Shown: piece after piece, positions 25,920 to 37,235 of the stretch | Position numbering within the stretch: the first letter of the stretch is position 1 | How the letters are laid out: each line of letters opens with the position of its first letter | Assembly (NCBI GenBank): GCA_013239625.1 | Contig: MU054187.1 | Coordinates: forward strand, 25,112,433-25,176,432 | DNA from: Lama guanicoe | Lineage: Eukaryota | Length of the DNA stretch: 64,000 nucleotides | Reading direction: 5' to 3' | Position numbers and translations under genes: made by a program | The notes under the pieces: generated by a model | The model's database searches: none | Told to the model about the DNA's origin: nothing | Seen by the model: the letters and a program-made list of their open reading frames with translations, nothing else

Positions 25920-26485
25920 GGAACCTACTTTTCAAGATGGCATCTGCCTACCTCTCTTATTCCATCATCTTCTAAATCCTACCTTTCAGCAGATGCTCCA
26001 GCAGTATCAAACAAGTTTAGATCACTTCATGTTTTATTCTATCTCTTTAAAATTTTTGAGGGAAATAATAACTCACAGAAGTTGCAAAAATAGTACAGAG
26101 AGGTACTGTGTACCCATTGCCCTATTTCCTCTAGGGCTGATATTCCATATGACTACTGAAATGAGGAAATTGATTCTGCTATTTATCTCAGTACTTTGGC
26201 TCAAGATGTCCCTTCTGTTTGTAATAATACCATTTGCTTAGTTCAGCTCAGATGTTACTTCTTTTATAATTCTTCCTTAGCCTTTCAATTTTGTTCCCCT
26301 GACATTTTATATATATGTCACAGTGCCTTGTGTTATTATAATCTATATCTTCTTTTGCATGGACTGTGTGCTCCTCAATGACAGAACCCATGCCTGATTG
26401 ATCTTTACATTCTTGCCACTTAGCTCAGTAATTGGTACATTACAGGTTAAAAAAAATACTTGTTGAAAAAAATAAACAAATGAGT
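25920..26485 (+). mobile_element. L2 3' fragment containing a short antisense L1 3' piece (~26040-26170)
   Basis: ctcagatgttacttctt, gactgtgtgctcctcaatgacagaaccc, tacttgttgaa; inserted actcacagaagttgcaaaaatagtacagagagg. Confidence 0.55.
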
Positions 26486-26599
26486 ATTACAGTATAACTA
26501 AAATAGTTGCAATAGAGATGGGAAGGAAGGAAAATAGTTAAGAGATAATAGCTACAATACTTAGCAGCTGAAGAAATGTGGTCAGTGATAGGAAGAAAA

Positions 26600-26950
26600 A
26601 AAATAGAAAATGTATTTATTCCAACTCAAGTGTTGTCTTTATAATGTTTATATATTTAAAATATATAAATAACTCATATAACTTAGTAAGAAAAAACAGA
26701 CAATGCAATAAAAATAATGGGCAACAATACCTCAAGAAAAGCTCCATGAGAGATAATATCTAAATAGCCAGTAAATATATGAAAAAGTACTGAATCAGTC
26801 TTTATGCATCAGAAAAATTCAAATAAAATTCAAATGAAAATTGCAAAAGGGAACCCCAATATACCCAATAGGATGACTAAACTTAAAGCTAACAGTATTA
26901 GGTGTTGGAAAGCATGTCAAACATGTGGAAGTCTTACACTCTGTTGCATT
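26600..26950 (+). mobile_element. Degraded L1ME ORF2 3' fragment
   Basis: aaatagccagtaaatatatgaaaaagt, aggatgactaaacttaaa, aggtgttgg. Confidence 0.5.
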
Positions 26951-27016
26951 TCATCCAGTACGTTATCTCTGATTTTCCACTTCATTTATGGAGGAACTAC
27001 AAAAATATATAAATTT

Positions 27017-29195
27017 TTACAAACCCACAGCCAGAATAATACTCAATGGTGAAAAGTTGAAAACCTTTCCACTAAAATCTGGGACAAGGCAAGGATGCTC
27101 ATTCTCACCACTTCTTTTCAACATAGTATGAGAAGTCTTAGCCATAATAATCACACAAGAAAAAGAAATAAAAAGGATCCAAATTGGAAAAAAAGAGATA
27201 AAACTGTCACTATATGGGGATGACATGATACTATATATAGAAAACTCTAAATGTTCCACACAAAAACTACTAGAGCTGATAAAATAATTCAGCAAGGTAG
27301 CAAGATACAAGGGTAACATACAAAAATCAGTTGCATTTCTTCACACTAACAATGAAATATAAGAAAAGAAAGGTAAATAAACAATCCATTTTAAAATTGC
27401 ATCCTCCAAAATAAAATACTTAGGAATAAATATGATCAAGGAAGTGAAAGACTTATATGAGGAGAACTACAAAACATTCACTAAGGAAACTAAAGATGAC
27501 TTAAAGAAGTTGAAAGATATCCCATGTTTTTGGATTGGAAGAATTGTTAAAATGGCTATACTACCCAAAGCAATCTACAGGTTTAGTGCAATCCTTATCA
27601 TATTATCTGGGACATTTTTCCCAGAATTAGAACAATCATCCTAAAATTTATATGGAATCACAAAAGACTCAGAATTGCCAAAGCATTACTGAAGAAAAAG
27701 AATGAAGCTGGAGGAATAACCCTCCCAGACTTCAGGCAATACTACAGTGCTATAGTAATCAGAAGAGTGTGGTGTTAGCACAAAAGCTGACATATGGATC
27801 AATGAAAAACAATAGAGAACCGAGAAATAAACCCACAGAATTATGGTCAATTAATCTTCAACAAAGGAGGAAGAATACACAATGGAGAAAAGACAGTCTC
27901 TTCAGTAAATTGTTTGGAATAATAGGACAGCTGCATGTAAATCAGTGAAGTTAGAACACTCCTTCATACCACACAAAAAAATAAACTCATAATGGCTTAA
28001 AGACTTAAACATAAGACAATACACTATATACTTCCTAGAAGAAAGCATAGGCAAAACATTTTTGACATAAATCATAGCAATGTTCTCCTAGGAAATAAAA
28101 GCAAAAATAAACAAATGAGACCTAATTAAACTTATAAGCTTTTGCACAGCAAAGGAAACCATAAGCAAAACAAAAAGACAACCTACAGAATGGGAGGAAA
28201 TATGTATAAAAGATGAGACTGACAATGGTTTAAATTCCGGAATATATAAACAGCTCATATAACTTAATAACAAAAAGAAAGAAACAATCCAATCCAAAAA
28301 TGTGCAGAAGAACTAAGCAAACAATTCTCCAATGAAGACATATAGATGGACAATAGGCACCTGAAAAAATGCTCAATATTACTAATTATCAGAGAAATGC
28401 AAGTAAAAACTACAATGATTGAATGGCCATCATTAAAATATCCACTAACAATAAATGCTGGAGAGGGTGTAGAGAAAAGAGAATTCTTCTACATTGTTGA
28501 TAGGAATGTAGTTGGTGCAGCCATTATGGAAAACCGTATGGAGATTCTCCAAAAGATGAAAAATAGATTTACCATATGATCCAGCAATCCCACTCCTGGG
28601 CATATATCCAGAGGGAACCTTAATTCAAAAAGATACATGCACCCCAATGTTCATAGCAGCACTATTTACAATAGTCAAGACATAGAAACAACCTCAATGT
28701 CCATCAACAGATGGCTGGATAAAGAAACTGTGATATAGTTATACAGTGGAATACTACTCATCCACAAAAAATAAACTAATGCCATCAGCAGCAACATGAA
28801 TAGACCTGGAGGTTCTCATTCTAAGTGAAGTAAGCCAGAAAGAGAAAGAAAAAATACCATATAATATAACTTATATGTGGAATTTAAAAAAGAAAAAAAA
28901 GACACAGATGAACTTATTTACAAAACAGAAACAGACTCACAGACTGGAAAACAAACTATGGTTACTGGGGGGAAAGAGGGTGCAAAAGGATAAGCTGGGA
29001 GTTAGAGATTTGCAAATATTAACTACTATATGTAAAATAGATAAACAACAAGTTTCTTCTGTATAGCACAGGGAACTATATTCAATAACTTATAGTAACC
29101 TATAATGGAAAAGAATATGAAAATGAATATATGTGTATATATGTATGAATGAAACATTATGCTGTACACCAGATTGACACTGTAAACTGATTATA
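27017..29195 (+). mobile_element. 5'-truncated L1 (RT C-half, ORF2 end, 3'UTR)
   Basis: Reads [26 protein letters not shown]...[14 protein letters not shown] 27432-27644 (KDLYEENYK...[15 protein letters not shown]); 3'UTR to ~29195. Confidence 0.93.
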
Positions 29196-29255
29196 TATAT
29201 ATTATATATATATATATATATAGACACACACACACATATATATACACACACACAC
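29192..29255. repeat. Compound (TA)n/(CA)n microsatellite at the L1 tail
   Basis: Direct reading. Confidence 0.9.
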
Positions 29256-29664
29256 TTTTAAAAATTTGATTTGATTGTAGTGGGTGAAAAAAAATGCCCT
29301 CTAGAGAAAAAAGTAAGTTTTCTATTGCATAATACCCTCCTGGCAAAAGCCAGCCAGCCCACCACATTTATGAAACAGGCTAAAACTCATTCTTAACTGT
29401 TTACTCTAAGAGTGGGTGAACCTAAGTTAAATTTTCTAGAAGTATATTCCCATAATAGGCTCAAGATTCAGCCCTTCTCAGTTCTATTTCTATAATAGGA
29501 CATTCATATTTATTATTCTAGATACTTTAAATATGCTATCTCTGAGGGAAGGAAAACTGTTCTCACCATAAAATCTTTATTCTTAGAAAATGACAGAAGA
29601 GTAACCACATATGTTCACTTTGACTGATTTTTTTCCTTGTTAGAAGCAATATGATGCAGTTTAT

Positions 29665-29822
29665 GGTTCTCAACTCTGGCACCTGGGGCACTCTGTAAAT
29701 ATACACATATCTATGCCTCTCTCTGGAAGTTTAGATTCAGAAGCTGTACTGTGAAGCTGAAGGATCTCCATTTTTAAAATGCCCCCAGGGAATCCTGGTG
29801 TCCATCCTGGTTGGAACAACTT
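29665..29822. mobile_element. MER5-like hAT (Charlie) MITE
   Basis: tggttctcaactctggc...cacctgggg...atttttaaaatgcccccagggaatcctg...ggttggaacaac. Confidence 0.55.
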
Positions 29823-31599
29823 GATTTGTGGAAGATGTGGGAGCTGAGTTAAAGCAGTTCAGGCTTCAAAAATTTTAAATTAAATAATATAAGTGGGAAG
29901 TTAAAAAAATAGAGTCCAATTTTTCATCATGAACTTCTATTTAAATGTCTGATTAACTTAATTAAGTGACATAATCCATTTAAATCTCATGGCCTGTGGC
30001 AGGACTTTTGGTATCTCAAGTTCCTCACCTGTTCTGTTTGTTTATAGGATTGTCCAATAAACACACCTGGATGAAAGATTAAAAGCACTTTCCTAGACTC
30101 ATGAAGTTCTCTAGTAACCTGCTATGGTAGTGTATTCTCTCACCAATCTTAACTACATCCCTGAAAGTGTTTTGTAAGATACCACAAAGTGGAGGATCAA
30201 ACCTTAGCTTCAAATTTCCTAGAAAAGTGTCCAGCAAATGAGGAGTGTTGCCTGTTAGGGGTTATAAGAACAAGGAGAGGGTTCTCAGAGTTGAATTTGG
30301 GAGCTCCATCCTATTCATGTACTTTTCCCCAGGGTAGCACTCAAGCACTGTCTTCACATAGCAGGAAGCTACTGGCTGGAATTCAATGAAAGACAAAGTT
30401 AATACTCATGTCACTGGGGGCAAAAATGAAAGAATTCCCCAGCCACCACCAGCATCCCCAATTTCTGAGGCTGTGACAGGCCAAGGTGGTAGATTTCACA
30501 GGGTGTCAGTAGGTGAACAGGGTGGACTTTAAGAACCACAGTGACAATGTTAGTTTACAAAGCTAAACACAAAGGATTAGAATAAGATTAGGAAGAAAGA
30601 TAAGTGACTAGGTATCTCTGCCCTTATCCAAGTGAGAAATAAATTATTGACAGAGTGCAGACTGCACACTACGTGACACACTGCAGCTTACAACATCTAG
30701 TTGCCTTTGATGAATGTTTAATATTTCTGGATCACATTTTGCATCAACCTCATATGGCCTGTTATCATATCCTGGACTTTTTTGACCCCCTTACAGAGGC
30801 AGTTTCGCTAACCTTGCGTCTTTTGATTTTATTGTTCTGGTTTTCTTTGCCATCTTGATTAAGTTCCTCTGGAAAAAAGGTGGCATTGCAAACAAATTCT
30901 GTCTACAAGTGGGCAGTTAGAAGAAGCTGACAGAATCACTGCAGGGTACTGAATGACCACTGTGAAAGCGGAGATAGGGTTACTAAAAAACAAAACAAAA
31001 CAAAACAAAAATCTCTTTTAAGTTTTTAAATTATATTAAATTACCACATGCTCTCAAACTTTTAGTCCCTTGTTTGTTCCTGACTGGGAAACTTCCAAAA
31101 GCAAGTAAAGCATCAAGAAGAATAAGAAGGAAATAGTTCTTTTACTCTGAAAAACTACTTACTCTAAGGTATATTGCTATTGAGGCCGAAAACAGCCCAT
31201 GTTCCTTAAATCCAAAGCAACGGGGTGAAGTTTTCTCTGTTACACCGACATACTTGGCTCCCTTTGCAGTCATTTCTGTTTTCTTTTACATCTGATCTCA
31301 ATTTCCACTCATTCCGTACTTTCCAGAAAGAATTTGAGAGTAAAATGTATCTTATTAATAATTACGTTGAAACAGGTGTGAACCAATACGATCTGGGAAC
31401 AACCAAGATGGTGTTTACTACACTGCATGTCTGAATGTCTAAGGCTTTATGACTCTAGCAGAGCTGCCTAAAACCACAGCGCTGGTCCCTAGGGCATCAG
31501 GGACCACTTTTGAATTAAATGAAAGAAACTCATTCAATAAGGCTAGCATTTAAGTGACACAGCGATATTTATTATTATCTATTTATAAGATGAAGATTC

Positions 31600-32070
31600 A
31601 TATTCACAATGCATAAACTTTTACAAATTTTTAGGAAAAGACAACTATCATAATTGAAAAAATGGACAACAGTATAACAGGTGAAGGTTATCTGGAGAAG
31701 GAATACAATTATGAAAGAAGATGAAAAGAGGATCAGTCTTTCTAGTTGACAGAAAAAAGAAAGTTAAGTATGCAAAATTTGCTCTCATTAAATTAACAAA
31801 ATTTAAAAGATTAATGAAACTCAAAGGATAAAATTCAGAAGTAGGTATTGGCAAATTTTATACTTTCTTTGTGATTATATAAAGTGGTATGATATTTTTG
31901 GAAGACAAACTGCAGAGACTGTTTAGAAAAATGTATATGTAAGTATCAGCAGGTCTAATATTGCCTTCTGGAGAAGGTGATGTAGATTGACATTGGAGAA
32001 GGGAAAAAAAGAAAGATGAACACTGTTTTGTATAGTTCTATATCATTGACTGTTGTAGAGTAAGAATACA
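31600..32070 (+). mobile_element. Degraded L1ME fragment
   Basis: ggaaaagacaact...aaaaatggac, tataaagtggtatgatatttttggaagacaa. Confidence 0.4.
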
Positions 32071-32971
32071 TTTATTTTAAAAATAACTAGCCTGATTTAG
32101 GATTGGCTTCATAAATAGAAAACACATCCTAGTCTTGAAGCCCAAATGTATTCAGAGTTCACTTTTATTTCAAATGAGGATATAACCCTCTAGCATGTAT
32201 AGCTTAGATACCAATAACCAAAATTTACTCTCATTTTTAAGGAATCAATACAGGATAGGACTTGCTCACAATCTCAGCTGCTACTAAAACTTTTGTAAGC
32301 ATGCTTCCCTTTCCTTTTCAATGAATACAAATTTAGCTTTTCTGTTGAGTCCCAGAGACTCCTTGGTTGCTTCCACTGTGTATGCCTCACTAAATCAGAC
32401 TTCAGTTGATTAAATTTGCTTAATAGCAGCCACAATTCTTTTGGGCCATTAGGCTTAAGGGGATCTATTAAATACATAATTTTATGATGTCAAAATCAGG
32501 ATGGAAACAGGGAAAACTTGGACATGAGCAAGATAGTGAAATATTTCTAAGGAAATTAAGAAAGCCACTGTCTATCCATTATCCATACTTTTAATAAGCA
32601 AATTAAGAAAACACTGCTATCTATTATATTCACTTGGCCCAACAACAAACAGGGCTAAATCTTGGTGTCTACGTTCTCTTCACCTAATCTGGACTGCTAT
32701 TTCCTGCTAAAGAAAATTGTAAAACCACTGAGATGAGTACCATTAAAAATAGAGTCAGCAACCCCAATTGAGCTTCAAAGCTCAGAATTTCTTTTATTCT
32801 TTCAAAACTTTATTTTTCTCAAATCCAGACCCCTGAATATAGCCTTGCCTTCTACTTCACTGAGAAATTAGAACGATCACAATGACTCTCCCAATTTCCC
32901 ACTTGGGGAACCTATAAGATACTACCCTCCCTCTTTTATTTTAACTTGTAAGAGACCTTTTTTTTTATTCA

Positions 32972-33166
32972 TTACAATGAATAAGTTCTAAGGATCTAAT
33001 GTACAGCATGGTGACTGTAGTTAATAATACTCTGTTGTGTACTTGAAATTTGCTAAGAGAGTAGATCTTAAGCATTCTCATCACACACAAAAAAATAAAT
33101 ATGTAAGGTCCTAGATGTGTTGATTAACTTGATTGTGGTAATCATTTCATAATGTATACATATCAA
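32972..33166 (+). mobile_element. L1MA9-like 3' end, left part (remainder at ~36740-36797)
   Basis: gatctaatgtacagcatggtgactgtagttaataatac...gctaagagagtagatcttaag...gattgtggtaatcatttcataatgtatacatatc. Confidence 0.75.
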
Positions 33167-33926
33167 GTAAAGGAAATAAAATGTGTACAGAGTGGGAAGG
33201 AAAAATAAAACTGTCTGTTTACAAATGACATGATCATCTAAATAAAAAATCCAAAAGAATTGACCAAAAAAACCCCAAATAAACAAAAAACCCCACAAAA
33301 ACCCCTCCTGGAACTAAAAAGTGATAATAGCAAGGTTCCAGAACACAGTTAATATTTTTAAAAAATCAGTTAATTTCTGATATATCAACAATTAACAAGT
33401 GGAATTGGGAATTAAAAACACAATGCCATTAAAATTAAATAATTAGGTGTAAATCTAACAAAATATATACAAGGTCAATATCAGAAAAACTGCAAAACTC
33501 TTTGAAAAAATTTTTTAAAATGGAGATGTATTCCATTTTTATGGATAGGAAGAACCAATATTGTCAATATTTTGGTTCTTCCGAACTTGATCTACAGATT
33601 CAATGCAATCCCAATCAAAATTCCAGCAAGTTATTTTATGGATGTCAACAAATTGCCTCTAAAGTTTATATAGAGAGGCTGAAGACCCAGAAAACTCAAC
33701 ACAATATGGAAGAAGAACAAAGTTAGAGGACTGATGCTACCAGGGTTCAATACTTGGTATAAAGCTATAGTAATAAAGACAGTGTGGTACTGACCCAAAA
33801 AAACCAGACAAATAGATCAATGGAACAGAATAGAGAGCCCATAAATAGGCCTACATAGTTTATTTTTGACAAAGGAGTAAAGGCAATACAATTGAGCAAA
33901 GATAGTTTGTTCAACAGATGGTCCTT

Positions 33927-34330
33927 GGACCTAGAGATTACAACACTAAGTGAAGTAAGTCAGACAGAGAAAGACAAATATTATATGATATCACTTCTAT
34001 GTGTAATCTAAAAAATAGTACAAAGGATCATATTTACAAAACAGAAACAGACCCAGAGACATAGAAAACAAATTTATGTTACCAGATGGGAAGTAGCAGT
34101 TGTGGAATAAATTGGGGGTATAGGATTAACAGATGCACACTATCATATATAAAATAAACAATATGTTCATACTGCACACACACGGAACTATATTCAATAT
34201 CTTATAATAAACTATAATGGAAAAGATTAAAAATGTATGTAGATATATACACAAATATATTATAATCACTTTGCTGTACACCTGAAACTAACACAATATT
34301 GTAAATGAAATATTCTTCAATTTAAAAAAG
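33927..34330 (+). mobile_element. L1 3'UTR fragment (artiodactyl type) inserted in L1MC ORF2
   Basis: ggacctagagatta...ctaagtgaagtaagtcagacagagaaagacaaat...tttgctgtacacctgaaactaacaca. Confidence 0.88.
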
Positions 34331-34755
34331 TACTGGAAAAATGGGACAACCACATGCAAATAAATGAATATAATATTGTTATAAAAGTTAACTCAAAATA
34401 GATCATAGACCTAAATATGAAACATAAAACCACAAAACTTCTGGAAGATAACATAGGAGCAACCTCTGGATGATCTTGGGTACAGTGATGGAACACATAT
34501 ATACACAAATATATTATAAACAAATCACTTTGCTGTACACCTGAAACTAACACAATATTGTAAATGAAATATTCTTCAATTTAAAAAAGTACTGGAAAAA
34601 TGGGACAACCACATGCAAATAAATGAATATACAATTGTTATAAAAGTTAACTCAAAATAGATCATAGACCTAAATATGAAACATAAAACCACAAAACTTC
34701 TGGAAGATAACATAGGAGCAACCTCTGGATGATCTTGGGTACAGTGATGGAACAC
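34243..34755. repeat. Head-to-tail tandem duplication (254 + 259 bp)
   Basis: 34243-34496 versus 34497-34755 differ by one 5-nt indel and about 2 substitutions by eye. Confidence 0.95.
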
Positions 34756-35432
34756 CAAAGACATGATCTATGAGAAAACAAATTGATTAGCTGAACTCCA
34801 TTGAAAACTGCTTCACAAAACACACCATCAAGAGAATTAGAAAACAAGCTACAGACCAGGGAAGAATATTTGTTACAGACACATCTGATAAAGAACTAGT
34901 ATCCAAAATGTATGAGGAATTTAAACCTCAGCAGAAAGAAAACACCCTATTATAAATAGACTGAAGACTTTAACAGACACCTCATCAAAAAAGATATTAC
35001 AAATGGAAAATAATCATATGAAAAGATGTTCCTCATCATATGTCATCAGGGAATTGCAGATTAAAACACCAAATGAGACATCATTACATACATTCAAGCA
35101 GCCAAAATCTAGAACATGGATAACACCAAATGCTCGTGGGACAACAGGTGCTCACATGCATTGTTAGTGGGAATGTAGTCATATAGGAAGACAGTTTGGT
35201 GAGATTTTACAAAACTAAACATACGATTCAACAACTGTGTTCCTTGGTATTTACTCAAAGAAGTTGAAAACTTATCCACAAACAACCAGCTTTATTCATA
35301 ATCATCAATACTTAGAAGCAACCAAGATATCCTTCAGTAGGTGAATGGATAAATAAACTGGTACATTTTGACAATGGAATAATATTCAGTGCTAAAAAGA
35401 AAGGAGCTATTGAGCCATAAAAAGACATGAAG

Positions 35433-36245
35433 GATTTTTTTCATGTGCCTATTGGTCATTTGTATGTCTTCATTGGGGAATTGCTTCAAACCAGTCAGAA
35501 GTCCACAAATGATAAATGTTAGAGAGGGTTTGGAGAAAAGGGAACCCTCCCACACTGTTGGTGGAAATGCAGTTTGGTGCAGCCATTGTGGAAAATAGTA
35601 TGGAGAGTCCTCAAAAGACTAAATATAGATTTACCATATGACCCAGCAATCCCACTCCTGGGCATATATCTAGAGGAAACCCTAATTCAAAAAGACACCT
35701 GCACCCCAATGTTCATAGCAACGCTATTTACAATGGTCAAGACATGGAAACAACCTAAATGTCTTCGACAGATGATTGGATAAAGAAGTTGTGGTATATT
35801 TATACAATTAAACACTATTCAGCCATTTGCAACAACACGGATGGCCATGGATAAAGTCATTCTAAGTGAAGCAAGCCAGAAAGAGAAAGAAAAATACCAT
35901 ATGATATCACTCATATGTGGAGCCTAAAAAAAAAAGACAATTAACATATACAAAGCAGAAACAGACTCACAAACATAGAAAACAAACTTACAGTTACGGG
36001 GGGATGGGGGTAGGAAGGGATAAAATGGGAGTTTAAGATTTGCAGATACTGACTGGTATATATAAAATATATAAATAAGATTATACTGTATAGCACAGGG
36101 AATATATTCAGTATCTAAATATGGTGGAGCTTATGGTGGAAAAGAATATGAAAAAGAGTAGATGTATATTCATGTATGACTGAAGAATTGTGCCATACAC
36201 CAGAAACTGACACAATATTGTAAACTGACTATACCTCAATTAAAA
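35433..36245 (+). mobile_element. L1 3' insertion with short 5' inversion (35435-35486 antisense)
   Basis: TSD taaaaagacatgaag / taaaaatacatggag (13/15); ORF 35574-35783 [31 protein letters not shown]. Confidence 0.88.
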
Positions 36246-37235
36246 ATACATGGAGAAAGCCTAAATTCATATTGTTAAGTGAAAGGAGCCAATTTGAGAA
36301 GGCTAAAGTCTAAATAGTGGATGTTCTACCATACGACAATCTGAATAAAGCAAAATTGTGGAGATAATCAAAAGACCAGTTGTTCACAGAGATGGTGGTG
36401 GGGACAGAGAGAAGATGACAGTAGAGAATAGAAGATTTTTGGGGCAGTGAAAATACTCTGTATGATATTCTAATGATAAATGTTTTTAATTATACACTTG
36501 GCTAAACCCATAGAATGTACTATACTAAGAGTAACCCTTAGGTTAACTATGAACTTTGGGAGATTATGATGTGTCAATGTAAGTTCATAGTCTTACTAAT
36601 AAATGCACCATTTTGGTGAGTGATATTGATGATGAGGGAGGTTATGTATGTGTAGAGGCAGAAGAAATGGGAAATTTCTATAACTTCCTCTCAATTTTAT
36701 TATAAACATAAAAGTGCACTAAATTTTTCTTTAATAACAGTATCATTATGTTGTACACTTTAAATATACACAGTTTGTTTGTCAACAATGCCTCAGAGTA
36801 TACTCCACAGCACTCTGGTTTCCAGCACCTACAAGACCTTATTCAATTGATAAATCCCTCTTTTTTGCTACTTCTTCTTCTTTCTATTAAAAAAAATTGT
36901 GTATATATGTTTTTATTGAAGTATAGTAGTTAACAATGTTGTGTCAATTTCTGGTGTATAGCACAATGCTTCAGTCATATGTGAACATACATTAATCATT
37001 TTCATATTCTTTTTCACTATGTTACCACAATATATTGAATGCAATTCCCTGTGCTATATAGTATGAACATGTTGTTTGACTATTTCATGTATATTAGTTA
37101 GTACCTGCAAATCTGGAAATCCCAATTTATACCTTCCCACCCCTTACCCCCCTGGTAATCATAAATTTGTTTTCTATGTCTGTGAATCTGTTTCTGTTTT
37201 GTAAATAAGTTTGTTGTTGTTGTTGCTGTTATTCT

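Larger units (their letters stand above)
33167..36735 (+). mobile_element. L1MC1-like element (ORF2 3' half plus 3'UTR) carrying two younger L1 insertions and a tandem duplication
   Basis: ORF2 remnants from FTNDMII onward; L1MC-type 3'UTR ggcagtgaaaatactctgtatgata...aacccatagaatgtac...aactatgaactttgg...atgtgtcaatgtaagttcat. Confidence 0.8.
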
